A DNA stretch of 64,000 nt from Octopus sinensis (GCF_006345805.1 NC_043009.1:1178001-1242000), one strand, 5' to 3'; positions 12,101-27,100 are shown, numbered from the stretch's first letter. Made by a program: numbers and translations. Notes: generated by a model not told the origin, from the letters alone.

Positions 12101-15100
12101 AATTTGCCCCCCTATTTAAAAGGTGTGAAACCCTTTAGCATTTAAACTGATCATATCCTGCCTAAATATTTTTCCTGTTTAGTGTTCAAACCAGTCAGAT
12201 CTTGCCTATCATACCTAACCTACAGTATCTTTCTATAAGTATACAATCACATCAATGAAATTTCAAAGCTGTGAGATAATGCCTGATTAATTCAAAACAA
12301 TGTGAATGAATAAGCAATAATCTGAATGCTAAAGGGCTAAATGTAGCTTAGAATAGATAGTTTGTGCGTGCGGGCCTACATGTGTTCGTATTATTAGTTT
12401 CAGCCGTTGAACTGAGTCCATGTTGGGGCACTGCCTTCAAGGAATAATCAATTAGAACAAATGCCAGCGCTTAGCAAGGACTTCGACCATGGAGGGATGA
12501 AACAAAGTGTGCTATCACAGGATTATTACCTTTGCCTTAGCGAAGGCAGAGGTATTGTTTTCAGTCATGTTTGTTTATTTGTTTGTCCGTAGACAAGATA
12601 TCTCAAGAACCACGAGATGGATTCAGATGGAACTTTCAGGGATGTTTGGCCTCGTGACTGGCATGGATTGATTAGATTTTGGGATTGATCCAGTACCTGA
12701 CAAGGATTCTGGATTATTTTTCCTGATTTTTTACTTAATTTTTGAGAGCTGTTGGGTTTATTTTTAGTATTCCCATTAGTGAGAACAGTCAAGTTTATTT
12801 AAGATATTCTCATTTTAAAATCATCTCTGGCCAATTGCTGAGAGGACGTTGGTGTTGCCTTGGCGGAGGTTTGCACTTTCTGAATGCTCTTATTATTATT
12901 ATCATTAAATATCTTCTGAAGTAGATTTGTTTAAAACAAAACTTAGAAAAAAAAAAAAGCTAGCTTATTGAAAGAGATTTAATTAGTGCCATGACAGGTC
13001 AAGTGACTATACAACTTCTTTCATTAGCTTATGAAGGTTTGTGTACATTTTTACCAAGGTCACAACCTATGATCCCGGTCATGACCATCCTGCCTTCTGC
13101 TTTTCTACCAGTGTATCCATGAGGCTATCCCATGTACTGTTTCCTTTTTAAGATGACAGATTTAAGAGAGATTTGCCTATTTCTTGCAGGTCAGGAGACT
13201 GCACAGAGGCATGTGAATTAATGGCTGAATATATAAAGATACGTAAATGTAGACCAAATGTAGGTTAGAATTGTGTAAAATTGGGAATATAATGTGTGTG
13301 TATCTAAGAAATCAGAACAGCTCCAGTTGAACAGCTCTGATATAGAAAAAATACACGAGATAGAGAGAGAGAGAGAGAAAGAACCGGGCCATGTTCTTAT
13401 TAGTAGACAAAGAGTAGATTGCAGATAAGTATTACAGGTTGGTGTTGGTAAACACCAACGACAGACAGAAGATGGCAAACCTTCTCTACCAATTCTTGTT
13501 CTTCGTCTAGAATAGGGGGTAACTTTGTCTTCATTTGCTCTGCCTGAGCATCAAATGTTGTCACCTTATCCTTGCCCTCACCTTCATCATCTGAGGAATC
13601 GGAGGAAGAGGAGGAGGAGGAACTGGATGAATGCTGTAAAGATGATGAGGTGATAAGAAGCATGAAGGTGCGTATAAAATGATGGCAACTAAAGTAGGAG
13701 TACAGTTGTTCTTAAAAACCAATGAATGAACTGCTAAGAAGATCACATTTGGGTGGGAGGGATGCTGGTTTGTCTGTGTTAGCTTGCAGTAAATGTTTTA
13801 TTTTCAAACTATAATAAACGTGTTTTAGAAAGTTTGGATGAGAGGAATGATAAATTTCGTCCTAGGTTTGATGTTTGTCCAAAGAAATGTAAAAAAAAAA
13901 AAAAATTAATTTTTTTTTTCCAGCAGATGATTTGCATCAAGTGTGAACGATGCAATATGAAAAAAATTGGAATAGAAATAGTCTGAAAAATTAACAAAGC
14001 TATCCTCACTTCTATAGATTTGTCTGCATCTATGTACATCGACACGTCTTTGTATATAAGTATATGTGTGTATGTATGTATTATGTGTGTGTACATGCAT
14101 ATTAGCATTATAAGTAAGTGTACGTGTGTATTTGTCAATATATCTATTAATTATGATGTGTGTATTTGTAACTATAGCAGATTAATTCATTTTTAAAACA
14201 AAATTAAACAAAATACAAGATTAAATACATAAAGAAAATTATGCAAACAAGAAAAAGTATAACCATAAACAAATAAAATTTAAAAAACAAAAAAATAAAC
14301 ATTAATAATAAAAAAACAATTTTTTTCAAAATAAATACAACAAAATACAAATTAAAAATTGATAAACAAAAACGTCTGATATATAACATGTTTTCTTTGA
14401 TGAGCATGCTTATATAGCAGGGAGAAGTAGAAGTGACAGCATGAAAATGTCCAAGCCGAAGCCTTAAAGGTAAAAGCCACTTCAGGTGGATTCAGGGGTG
14501 GTTGATTGGTTGCAATAACTGAAATACTAACAAAAATGACTCCAGTTCAAATCCCTGCAAAGTCACTGGGATACTTTTTAACTGTCTTACATCACACACA
14601 ATACATCCAGATTAAGCCATAAATCATAGTCACTAAACTAATTAGCTAAATAATAGATTTGGCTACAATAAATAATTGGTTTGGATCAACAATTATGAGA
14701 ATGTATTTAATATTAATAACAATTATAATAATTCTTTCTAATTTTGGTACAAAGCCTGCAATTTTAGGGAGAGGACACTAGCCCTGATTGCATTAACCCC
14801 AGTATGTAACTGGTACTTATTTTACTGAGGATGAAAGGCAAAGTTGACCTTGGTGGCATTTGAAATCAAAACCAAGAATCAGCTTGTTGCCTTAATAACA
14901 ACAACAATAATCCTTTCTACTATAAGCACAAGGCCTGAAATTTTGGGGGAGGGTGCTAGTCAATTATATCAACCCCAGTACGTAACTGGTACTTATTTCA
15001 TAGATCCCAAAAAGATGAAATGCAATACTGACCTCTGTGGAATTTGAACTCAGTATGTAAAGATAGGTAAAATGCCACTCAGTATTTTGCCCAGCGTGCA

Positions 15101-18100
15101 TATAATTCTGCCAGTTCACCACTGTAGTAGTAGCGGTTCTCGCTACTATAGGCACAAGGCCTGAAATTTCTGGGGAAGGGACCAGTTGATTCCATCGACC
15201 CCAGTCGAATGTAAAGAGCTGGCAGAAGTGCTAGTAGGCATTTTGTCTGGAATGCTAATGTGTTGCTGTTCTCTTACAATGTGGCAAAAAAAACTCCTCT
15301 GATTTCCAGGAAGGAGAAATACAAAAGTTGTGACATTCATGCCTTGGCCAAGTACATCTATTATCAAAGTGAAGTGATTCCAAATGAAAACCAGAAGTTG
15401 GGGTGTTTGAATTCCAATATTTTAAATCCAGGTTTGTCCCCGTTAAAAGGGGACACTCTTACAGCAACCACTCACACCATCTCGCCCCGGTTTTGGGTGC
15501 CCTCTTTCCTCAAGTCAACCCTCCCAATCTCCTCCTCCGCGTTTTCTTTGGTCGATCTCGCCTTCGTGGTTCATTCACTTTAAACTTTAGCACTTTCTTC
15601 AGAACATGATCCTCCACCCTCCTCAACACATGTCCATACCACCACCACTCCATTCACCCTTGCCAGCTGTCCCACCGATTCCTCCAACCCCCAGTATCTC
15701 CATCAAGTCCTTAGCCTTCCTTTTATCCAATAGTTTCACACCACACATTGCTCTCACCTGATACTTCAAATTGAAACTGGTATTTAGCTTTTGTTTCCTG
15801 ACAAGTTCTTATCGTCATCACTGACGTCTATTTTTCTCAAAAGTATTCGGCCAGAAGACCAACAGCTACATTTCCCCAGTTTGAAAACATGTACAAACAT
15901 AATTAAGATGAAACGAACATACTTGCTGCAATGCAAAAGTTACGTGAAACACAAAACAAACCAAAGGCAATCATAAAAAAAGGCAGAACGCAATGATTCA
16001 GTTGAACAAGGAAGAATAGTTAGTGAATGATGAATGATGTAAACACATTCCAAATGTCATTGTCTTCCCACAGCCATAATGACAATTATTATATATGGCA
16101 ACCAGTCTCAGCCTCTCCCTTATATCCCTAATGATGAGAGGGATTCAACCAGAAAGAGTTACTGAAAGGAACTCTGCAACAAGTCCCACACATTAGCTTA
16201 CACACACACACACACACAGACTGTCTGACACTGCATCATTAGAGACCCTCTCATCAGGTGAGAACAGGAGATGGATAGAAGCAAGGAAGGGTTGGCTGTG
16301 GGAATGTAGTGGGTGATAAAGAATGGTGATAAGTGCTAAGAAAATCTGAAACCGTGCAGGGAGGTGGGATTTGCAGATTTTACATAGTATGTGTGATTTA
16401 ATTTATAAGGGATTACTTCAAAGGAGAAAAAGAAAATTACTTCAGTTTTCTCATTAAGACTGTGAAAGTATATATAAAAAAAAAGAGGTTACTAGTTTAC
16501 AACATACGCATACACACACATTTAAGACTATGTATGTAGAACCACTGATGGCACTGATTACACACAAAGAAAGGTGTAGAGGCATCTACTTTCACTGCCT
16601 AAAGACATATGCTCAGAAGCCAACAGGAATTTAACAGACTATAATATTTACAACTAACAGGGGAGCATCTAAGAGATTGACTTGCTAGAGAATGTAGTAG
16701 CCAAAGTCCTCTCAAACGATGTCCTATTATCTTAAAAGGTTAATTTGGATAATAGGTCCAGATGCATTGTCTAGAGAATAGAACAAGATGGTCATAGGGT
16801 TGACTTAGGCCTGAACAACAAACACAAGTGTTGGTTCACTTCACAACTCTTCTCTGATTTCTTCAAAACACAGAATGGATGAAGTGCCATGATGTAACTG
16901 GTAAATCCATTTAGAAAAGCAATAAAACTCAATCAACCCCAACATCAAAAAATTGTCGATTGAGTTTTAAATGATTTTATGTCCTTTTTTGTTTTCTTTA
17001 TCACATTCTTTTGATTAGACATGAGCAATTACATAGTAATGGTATTTAGATTTAAACAGACCCAAGAGGGGGCAGTGGAATGCTTCACCCGTCCGCTTTT
17101 GTTTTCCTTTCTAGCACTGATTTCCTTGTACTTAGTACAAAGCCATAATTTGTAGAGCAGAGGGGGGTGTAATAAAATGTGGTGTATTAATGGTACTTAT
17201 CTTAGCAATCCTGAAGAACGAAAGCTAAGAGTCGTCAGGTGAGATTTGAACTTCAAAGGTACAAGATGGAAAGTGAATACCTTAAAACATTCAGTCAGGT
17301 TTGTTTGACAGCTTTTTTTATTTCTTTATTGCCCACAAGGGGCTAAACATAGAGGGGACAAACAAGGACAGAGACAAAGGGACTGGGTCAATTAGATTGA
17401 CCCCAATGCGTAACTAGTACTTAATTTATCGACCCTGAAAGGATGAAAGGCAAAGTCGACCTTGGCGGAATTTGAACTCAGAACGTAAGAGCAGACGAAA
17501 TACCACTACGCATTTCGCCCAGTGTGCTAACGTTTCTGCCAGCTTGCGCCTTATTCTTTTACAATTTTTGCTGTCTTGGTCGCCCTACTTCAGTAATCAA
17601 CATTAAAGCAATAGAGAGGGAAGTGTGAAAATTAGTACAAGGGAGGTAATTCTTACGTCAGGTTAATATAAATGATCAGAGAGGGTCAAACCACCAATCG
17701 CTTAAAAATTTATTAAAATAGAAGCCTTCTTTATTATGCTATAGATATAAGCTTTTAAGCTTGTATATTCAGAGCATAAATCTTTCAAGTTACAACTTCT
17801 ATAAATAAAGATTTTCCAGATTGCAGTATCAGAAAAGAAACAGAGATCTACAATTTCCAATCGATTTTATAAGCATTTTAATAAAAAAAAAAAAAAAAAA
17901 AAAAAGCTTTTGCACATAGAAGCTAATGAAGCCAAATCGGACAGAAGTCTTGCCTAAATATATATTGGTATAATAATAACATGACTATTGTAACGTTTTA
18001 TTTTCATATTTGAATGTTCAGAATAAAACACTGCCCTCAAGATGAAGAAACTATAACAGGTCTATAGAGAAGCCATCCCATCCCTCCATTATTATTTATT

Positions 18101-21100
18101 ATCACAGGGTTAGCATATCGCTGGTCCTCTTCTAGAGATAAATCCACTAATGGACTTGTAGAAATCCAGTGATCATCCTTGAAGAGGTTGCTACGAAGCA
18201 GCTATTACGGAGAAAGGCTGGGTGCCTGCATTACTCAACTCCCTGGAATATAAAAGGAAAATCTTAACAGGGTTAGCACTAAACTTTGGCACTGACAGAT
18301 AAAGCACTCGGATTCAAAGAAACCATTAGTGGTCTGAGCTGACAAACCTCCATACAACAAAGTTGCAAAATAGAATGAGTTTGTCATGAAACATTACACA
18401 GTATCAAGTGTAGTGTCTTAAACAAAAACAGATAAATTTGGATTCAAGGCACCTTAGTTATTTTTGTTCAATTTTCTTAAAAGCTTCCGCCCTATGTGGA
18501 ATAACTGGCAATGCATTTCACGAAATATTCAGTCATCTGTGCAAAATCCCAGATAACAAGATAGCAGGACATAGTGATGGGGCCGCAATATCAAACTACA
18601 TCTTAACGAAAAATGATGGCTGCAACCAACAGTGACTCAGTACAGATATAGTAAAGAAAACTACTATTGGGATATATCTTAAAAATATGTACTTCTGTCA
18701 GAGCTGGGATGGGTATGTTGAAAATCTGAACTATATATATATATATGTAAAATCTCCAATAAATTGCAAGCCAGTTTTGAGTTGGATATGCAGTTACAAG
18801 TATAACTGGATATTACTGAATCACAAACTGATATTTGTAGAAAGGAATGTGTGAAAGCTTATTAGGAAATGTAACTTGACAGGGACAATGAAACATGAAA
18901 TGGAAACAGACAGCAAAAACTAGCAGGAAGCAACAGCAGCCCTTTTTCTTTTTCTTCTTTTCTTTCTGAAGCTGTATACAAGCAGAAATAACAACAGCAA
19001 TAACTGGAAGAAAACACACGAAAAAGCAAGAATTTGATAAGAATTCTTATAATGTTGATAAGTCCATCAAGTAGCAGAGACAAACTGGATGTCATAGCAG
19101 TGCACTTCAGATTGGACTAATCCAAACAGCCCCACCACTTTTCTTCTTCAGATCAATTACTAATACACATGACCATCACACGCAACAACTTTTAAGTAAA
19201 AGCAAAATAGTGAATAAAAAGATTTATCAAAATTCAAAGAAAGATGTTCTTTCCTTTTAGTCTACAATCAGGTTGTAAAATCATAGGAATGTTATAAAAA
19301 CTGGAATAAAATCTCAAGAAAGTTAGCTCAACCAAAAGTACTGATCTAGTTTTATAATATTAGTAGTGATTTATTGTTGAGGAATGAAATAAGTTTGGCC
19401 GGGATTCAATCAAAATAACTAGGGCAGTGTATTACTGCCCTTAATTTTATTGAATGGGGAGTGGGGTGGGCTGAAAAAAAAATGAAGTTTGAGATTTGAA
19501 ATCAAAGACAAGACAGTGCACTATTCCTACAAACTCACTAAACCTCCCATTTTATTCTTTAACATTATTACTAAGACTAACAATTTTCCTGCATCACATT
19601 CAGTTTAAGACATTTCAGTGACTCATCAGGCAGTCTTTACAAAAATCTGAAAGTAGTGCACTACCATGGTTTAGTAACGATGGTTAAAATAAAACCTTCC
19701 ATGCTGGAATGGGTTGGATGGTTTGACAGGAGCTGACCAGGCAGAAGACTGCACCAGACTTCTGTGTCTGTTTTGGCAAGGCTTTTATGGCTAGATGCCC
19801 TTCCTAACACAAAGAAGTGTTATTTTTTATGCAGGTCTCTAAAATGGATCAGGTATTTTAGATAATTTTGAATAACTTTTTTAGAGATATGAAATATATT
19901 TATTTTCAAATTTTCTATAGGATTTTGTTTTTATATTATCTTTCTATCAAAAAAGTCAAATTATTTTAAAAACCATAATTTTATCTTAACATCATCTGGT
20001 TTAAAAGAGAAAAATAAAACTGCTTTTTATGAACAAAATTAAAACTGTTACCTATCTTGAATATTATACAAAAATACTGTAAACATGGAACAGCACTTAA
20101 TATATTAAAATATATATTTGAACTGCTTTTAATATCGTTCATAAAAAGTGCTTGGAATAATAATAATAATAATAATAATAATCCTTTCTGCTAAGGCCTG
20201 AAATTTGGGGGAGTAGAGGGGACTGGTTGATTACATCCACCCCAGTGTTTCACTGATATTTAATTTATTGACCTCAAAAGGATGAAAGGCAAAGTCAACC
20301 TTGGTGAAATTTCAACTCACAACATAGCATCAGGTGAAATAACACTAAGCATTTTATCCGGCACGCTAACGATTCTGCTAGTTCGCCACCTTATTAATCC
20401 TAATAATAATAAAAAATTTTAAACTGACCGTGCAGGCAATCATTTAAAACCATAAAACCTCAGAATGCACTTGTTAGACAACAAAGTGATAATTGTGAAC
20501 CTGGAAGGCAAAGATGCCTTGAAATATACCCTGGTGAGGTGAGGAAAATATTAGCCAAAAAGCATCATTCAAAGAACAGAACAAATGGGAAGATTGCAGT
20601 TCGAAAGATAAACATGATAAATGGATTAAAGCAAAAACAGGGATTAGATTCTGCATCATCTACAACTGCTGAAAATGCAGCAGAGCATGCTGAACAAACA
20701 GAAATGTCTGTTGTCACCTTTTCGGATCTCTTTTTAAAAGGATTTCGCATAGGACACATAAGTCCAGATGATGACCTATGGACGCTCTTCTGTAAGACCA
20801 TGGAGATATTATATATACACAGATATATATATGTAAATGTTTTATATATATATACAAACACACGCCATATAAAAATAGTCTAAGGATGTAATAATTAATA
20901 AACTGAATACCTAATTTGAAACATAAGTTTCATTAAAAATCTGAGTCAAAATTGATGGAGACAGCTTGACAAATAATTACTGATGCATAGTTTACAAGTT
21001 AAAAGTTGTAAAGAATTCATTCAAAAATGGATTTTATGAATCTTAAAATATAAGTGAAAGATATGTGTGTAAATTTTACAGTTAAATACCACACTTAATT

Positions 21101-24100
21101 TTTGAAACTTATGACTATATTAAAAATGAAGTTAAAAAGAAAAATCTATAATAAAAAAACAAAACAAAACAAAAATATTTGGTATATTTTGTAAAAACAA
21201 AATTGCAGTTAAAATATAGATGGAAGAGTAAGTAGTAAACACACAGAAACTTGGAAGTTAGCGAAAGCTATCTAAGAGAAACTTTTCAAGCCATATTCTT
21301 ATTAACAGTTCCTAAACGAACTTCAAAAGCAAAAAATATTACAAATTATACAGTCACACTAGCAAAATTAATTATAAGTTTTGAAACTGTTGCTTGATCA
21401 ATTCTTAAAGCACAATCAGAAAAACAAATTACATTAACTCAATTCGTAACAACAAAATCTGTCCATCAGTTATTTTTCAACCAATTTTATTCCGGCTGTA
21501 ACTTAACCCTTTGCCATTTAAGCTGATCATATCTTGCCCAAATATTCAACTGTTTTTACACTCAAACTAACCAGATCCAGCCTCTCCACCTACTCTACAA
21601 TGTCATTCTAAAAACAACAATTACATCATCGTTAGATTTTGAAACCATCGGATAATGCATGATTAATTCAAAACAACATGAATAAATAAACATTAAATTT
21701 GATAGAATAATTTGAACGTTAAAGGGTTCAAATTCTAATTCAGCATGAACAAGATACGAAAAAATCTTGCATCTATAAAGAGATGACACCAAACTTTGAG
21801 AATATCAAAAAGGACTTAAGTTTTATGTCCTGCTCTTGCAAATGCACCTTCCAGCTATTCTAACCCTTATTTTAATTGTGATATATCTCTATATGGCTTA
21901 CCTTCCAAATTTTGCTTTTTAACTCAATAACACAGGTGATAGATTGAGCGGGATGGATGAATTTTGAAAATTTCATCTTTAGCATATGAAAGCATTTGAG
22001 ATAACGAAATGTCAACTTATGGACCAAAGTTGGTAGTTCAGTTACATTAATCTCATAAATGTTATTCCTTTAAAATGTGCTTAGTTATATTCAGAGAGGG
22101 CTTTTTTCCTACAAATAACTAGAACAAAAACGATTGCAGCATGGAAGCCATTTAAAAACACACAAAAATCGTTAGATTCATTTCAACATTTAAATTTAAT
22201 TTGTCAAAATATTTTTGTCACTCTGAAATTGCAACCTGTTCACTGACAAAATTCTGTGCTCTAATTTTGGGCCAGTAGGGGCAGTGGGTACCAGCAACTT
22301 CAGGTTGATTAAATAAAGTACTTTGTACATATTTTATTGAACCCAAAAAGATGATCTTGATGGGATTTGAACTCATAATGTAAAGGGCTGGAACAAATAC
22401 TGCAAAATATTTTCCTGACATTCTAACAATTCTGCCAAGCCTCTGCCTTTAGCAGAATTATAAAATTATAATAATAAGGGGAAACTACATTTTCGTCTGA
22501 ATGAAGTGCTTCCATTTCTGTTTCGAGATACTCAAAGAAAAGAATTGTGTTAATAGCTTCCAAATTTAATTTAGGGCTTCAGCTAATAACCAATTTTCTA
22601 AATCAGTATTCAACATGTGATCTAAACTGATATTTGTGTTACATAAGTTATTCAGGTCTTTCTTAGCCTAAAGATTTATAATTAAAATATATATATATAT
22701 ATTACAATAATGATTCTTGTCTCAAAGACATTAGCGATCACTTGGTTAGGTGAAATATTTATAATGAAAAATTGGAATCAGATATCAGATTAAACTGGTG
22801 ATCTTGGTGCCACTACAATTGCCAATGATGTGAAATGTTAATCCAAGCTCAAGTGACATTCAGTAAAATCAGTTGTAATATATTCCAGCATTTATTACGG
22901 ATATATTATTGATAATAAATAAACAGCGAAATTAATCCCTAAAGAATTTTTAAAATGCAGAACTATGAGTCAGCAAAGTTAAACACAAACTATTGAGGAT
23001 TAGCTTTCTGACTTTGAATCAACAATCTTTATCCCAACACGTTTTCCTTCCCATCTTGAAACTTCTCAAAATGCAAACAATCAAGTATTAAAAAGCCAAA
23101 AAGATTAGCCAAAACAGACAGATTAACAACAGAGACACATACAGGAAAATAAATCTATAGCATACTTAATTAACTCAATGTCTTCATTCCGTTTTAAGAC
23201 TAAAGTACAAAACCAACTTTGCTGGAATTCTGTTTGGTCCAGTTTTCTAGTTTCATTTAACTTTCTACTTTCATTGTAGAGTTGTTACAATGAAGTTGTT
23301 GATTAAAGGTTAAATCAACCTGAAGACCAAACTGCCGGTGCAACATGGTCACTAAAAGTTTTTTTTCCTTCCATTGTCGGTGAAATACAATTTAGATTGC
23401 AATGTTTTCCTATTTAAAAACTATAGAAATATCTACAAAACATTTCACTAACACAAGAAATTACTGGTAGGTATTTCAATATTAAACTATTTCATAAATT
23501 AATGAACACATTTAAATGATGTACAACCATCTTTAGCAACTTATAATCATGTGCAATAATATCATCTAAAAATTAAGACCATCAACACCAATGAATTAGG
23601 ACTACTGGGGGCTACCATCAACTTAAGAAACACAACAGAGCACCAGGATTTTTTCTTACGTCTACTCTACAAAAAGTAATTACAAGCTGAGTTTTAATAT
23701 CAATGTGTTCTTAAATAACAATGCTGAAATTTTACTTTTGCAAACATTAAACTAAAAGATATACACTAAAACTATTCAAACACCATGCATATCATCATCA
23801 ACATCCTAATCATTATAATAATAATTATGGTTAGTAATAATGAGAACAAGAAATAAAGTACTAAAACAAATATACAAAAATTTATAAGTGTTAGAGACAG
23901 TATAATCTAAACAGAATCCGAGCCAGAAACAAAACTAATTATTTAAGAATTAATATCGGCTAAAACCACATCTGTTAACACTTCGTAAAACGAACTACAA
24001 ACATATTTATCCAAACACTGAATAGTTTCCTTCTAGAATAATGCTTTAAGAACGACTCAACTTGAGTAGCTATGCACTGTTGAACAGTAGTAGAGATAAA

Positions 24101-27100
24101 TTTCGGTTGTGACTATGACAACAGAGTTCTTTTCAATGGCCATAAGAATGAGTTATAAACGATCGATAGAGAAATTTCTTAAAGGAACAAAAACTGCTAA
24201 GTTAAACAGAAGACAAGAACGGAAGCCATGAAGCGGAGACTGAAAACAAGAGCAGATAACAGAGAGAGAGAGACGGAAGGGTAAAACGTTTTAATTTCGA
24301 AAATCTCTTCAACACAACAGAATTAACTGGCACAAGTCTTGAAGAGAAATTAATTGTTCTCAGCTGAGAATCAAAGTCCAGCCATGAAGAAATTTCTTTT
24401 AAAGAGAAAATATTTTGCCAAGAAAAGACATAAGTGAGCCTAAGAAACATATCCAACAATAATTTTCTCTATTTTTGTAATTCTAATTAATGAGCTACAA
24501 TAAGGATGAGCAAATCAAATAAAATCACCCTAAAACAAAACAAAGCAAAACAAAAAACAAAAAAGACCTTTTTGGACTCTTTCTTGATACTCTCAGTGTC
24601 TGAGACATCTACCTCCACAGATTCCACTTCCTGTTGTAATAATACAGGGGAGTTAGAAAATTTTGTATAAAAAAATTAACATAAAAAAACCCCCAACTGT
24701 TTATGTCAATTTATCAGGTTTTAAATGAGAAATAAAAACCCTCAAGTTTGTTTGGTCCATATTCGTCATCAGTTTTGTCTTTTAATAAAAATTTATTTTC
24801 AAAATTAGCAAAGTTCTTTTTTTTCTCTGGTTTCATTTAATATCTTATTAAAAGTTAAGGTGATGGTAGTTGTCTGAGAAATACAGGTATGAATTTGGTC
24901 ATTTGTTTAGAAATTATGTAAAATTATATGAGAATGACTTGTATTGGAGCTTTACTTGCTGTATTGCTAGTGAGTATTTCATCGATCTTTTTCTAAAAGA
25001 GTAATAAGAAAATTGACTTCGTTAGATTTGCTGCTTCTCACTCTAGAAAGTTGAGCAGGAACCCAGTGATAGAGAAATGATTAAAACGAGTACTGAAGAC
25101 GACAACTTGTGCCATGAAGCTGCCTGAAAACAAAGGCAGATAACTGAGACAGACTGAACGGTAAAACTTTCCAGCTTAGAAAATCTCTCCAACAGAACAG
25201 AATTTAACCGGTACAGGTCTTGACGAGTAATTAATTTATCAATGGTTCTCAGTTCAGAATTAAAACAGGTGTCAATTTAAAGGAGTTTTGAGTTTTTTTT
25301 CTTAAAGTGAATATCTTTTGCCAACAAAAAAGGCCTGAGATATAGTTAAGTCAGCCTAAGAAACAGAGCCAATAATTTTTTCTGTCCTCTTAATCCATCT
25401 CCTACAGTTAAGATCAGCCAGAGAACAAATCGAATAAAATCACTCAACAACAAAAACAGAAAAAGACCTTTTCGGGTTCTTTCTTCTTGGTTTCCGTAAC
25501 TTCTACCTCCACTTTTTTCACTTCAACTTCCTGTTGCAATTATAGAGGGGAGTTAGAAAACTTTGTTAAATAACAACTAGAAAATTTTTAAATAATATCA
25601 TCACAAAACTCCAACTGTTTATATCAATTTATCTAGTTTTAAGTGAAAAACAAAAAGCTTCAAATCCTTTTAATACATTCCCTTTGTCATTTTTACACTT
25701 TAATAAAACTTCATTAAAATTTATTTAAAAAAAAAGAAGCTATTTTTTTTGTTTTTGTTTCATTCAATGTCTCATTAAAATGCAGATTATGAGATTTGTC
25801 TGCGAACTATAAGCATACATTTGATTGACTTTTGAAACTAAAATTGACTTAGATTTGCTGCTTCTCACTCTAGAAAGTTGAGCAGGAACCCAGTGATAGA
25901 GAAATGATTAAAACGAGTACTGAAGACGACAACTTGTGCCATGAAGCTGCCTGAAAACAAAGGCAGATAACTGAGACAGACTGAACGGTAAAACTTTCCA
26001 GCTTAGAAAATCTCTCCAACAGAACAGAATTTAACCAGTACAGGTCTTGACGAGTAATTAATTTATCAATGATCCTCAGTTCAGAATTAAAACAGGTGTC
26101 AATTTAAAGGGTTTTTTTTTGAAAGAGAAGATCTTTTGCCAACAAAAATGGCTTGGGATATACATATTAAGTCAGCCTAAGAAACAGCCAATAATTTTTT
26201 TCAGTATTTTTGTAATTTCAATTTATCTACTAGAATAAAGATCAGCATGCCACAGAGCAAATCGAATAAAATCACTCAACAACAAAAGCAGAAAAAGACC
26301 TTTTCGGGTTCTTTCTTCTTGGTTTCCGTAATTTCTACCTCCACTTTTTTCACTTCAACTTCCTGTCACAGAAAATTTTATTAAATAATATCATCACAAA
26401 ACTCCAGTTGTTTATATCAATTTATCTCATTTTAAGGGAATAATAAAAAGCCTTAAATCCTTTTAATCCATTCCCTTCATCATTTATACATTTTAATAAA
26501 ACTTCATTAAAATTTATTAAAAATAAAAGCCCTTTTTTAAAATTTCATTTAATGTCTCATTAAACTTCAGATTATGGGAGTTGTCTGCAAACTATAAGCA
26601 TAGGTTTTATCAGTTGCTTACTATATTACTAGTAAATATTTGATTGACTTTTAAAAATAAAAGTGAAAAGAAAATTGACTTAGATTTGCTGCTCTAGAAA
26701 CTTGAGCAGAAAGCCAATGATAGAGAAATGATTAAAACGAGTACTGAAGACGACAACTTGTGCCATGAAGCTGCCTGAAAACAAAGGCAGATAACTGAGA
26801 CAGACTGAAGGGTAAAACTTTCCAGCTTAGAAAATCTCTCCAACAGAACAGAATGTAACCGGTACAGGTCTTGAAGAGAAATTTATTAATCAATTAATTA
26901 ATTGTTCTCAACTGAGAATCAAAACAGGTGTCAATCTGAAGAAATTTCTTTCCAAGGGAAAATATTTTGTCATTAGAAAAGAGCTTAGATATACATATTA
27001 GTTAAGTGAGCCTAAGAAACAGAGCCAATAATTTTTTTCAGTATTTTTGTAATTTCAATTTATCTACTAGAATAAAGATCAGCATGCCACAGAGCAAATC

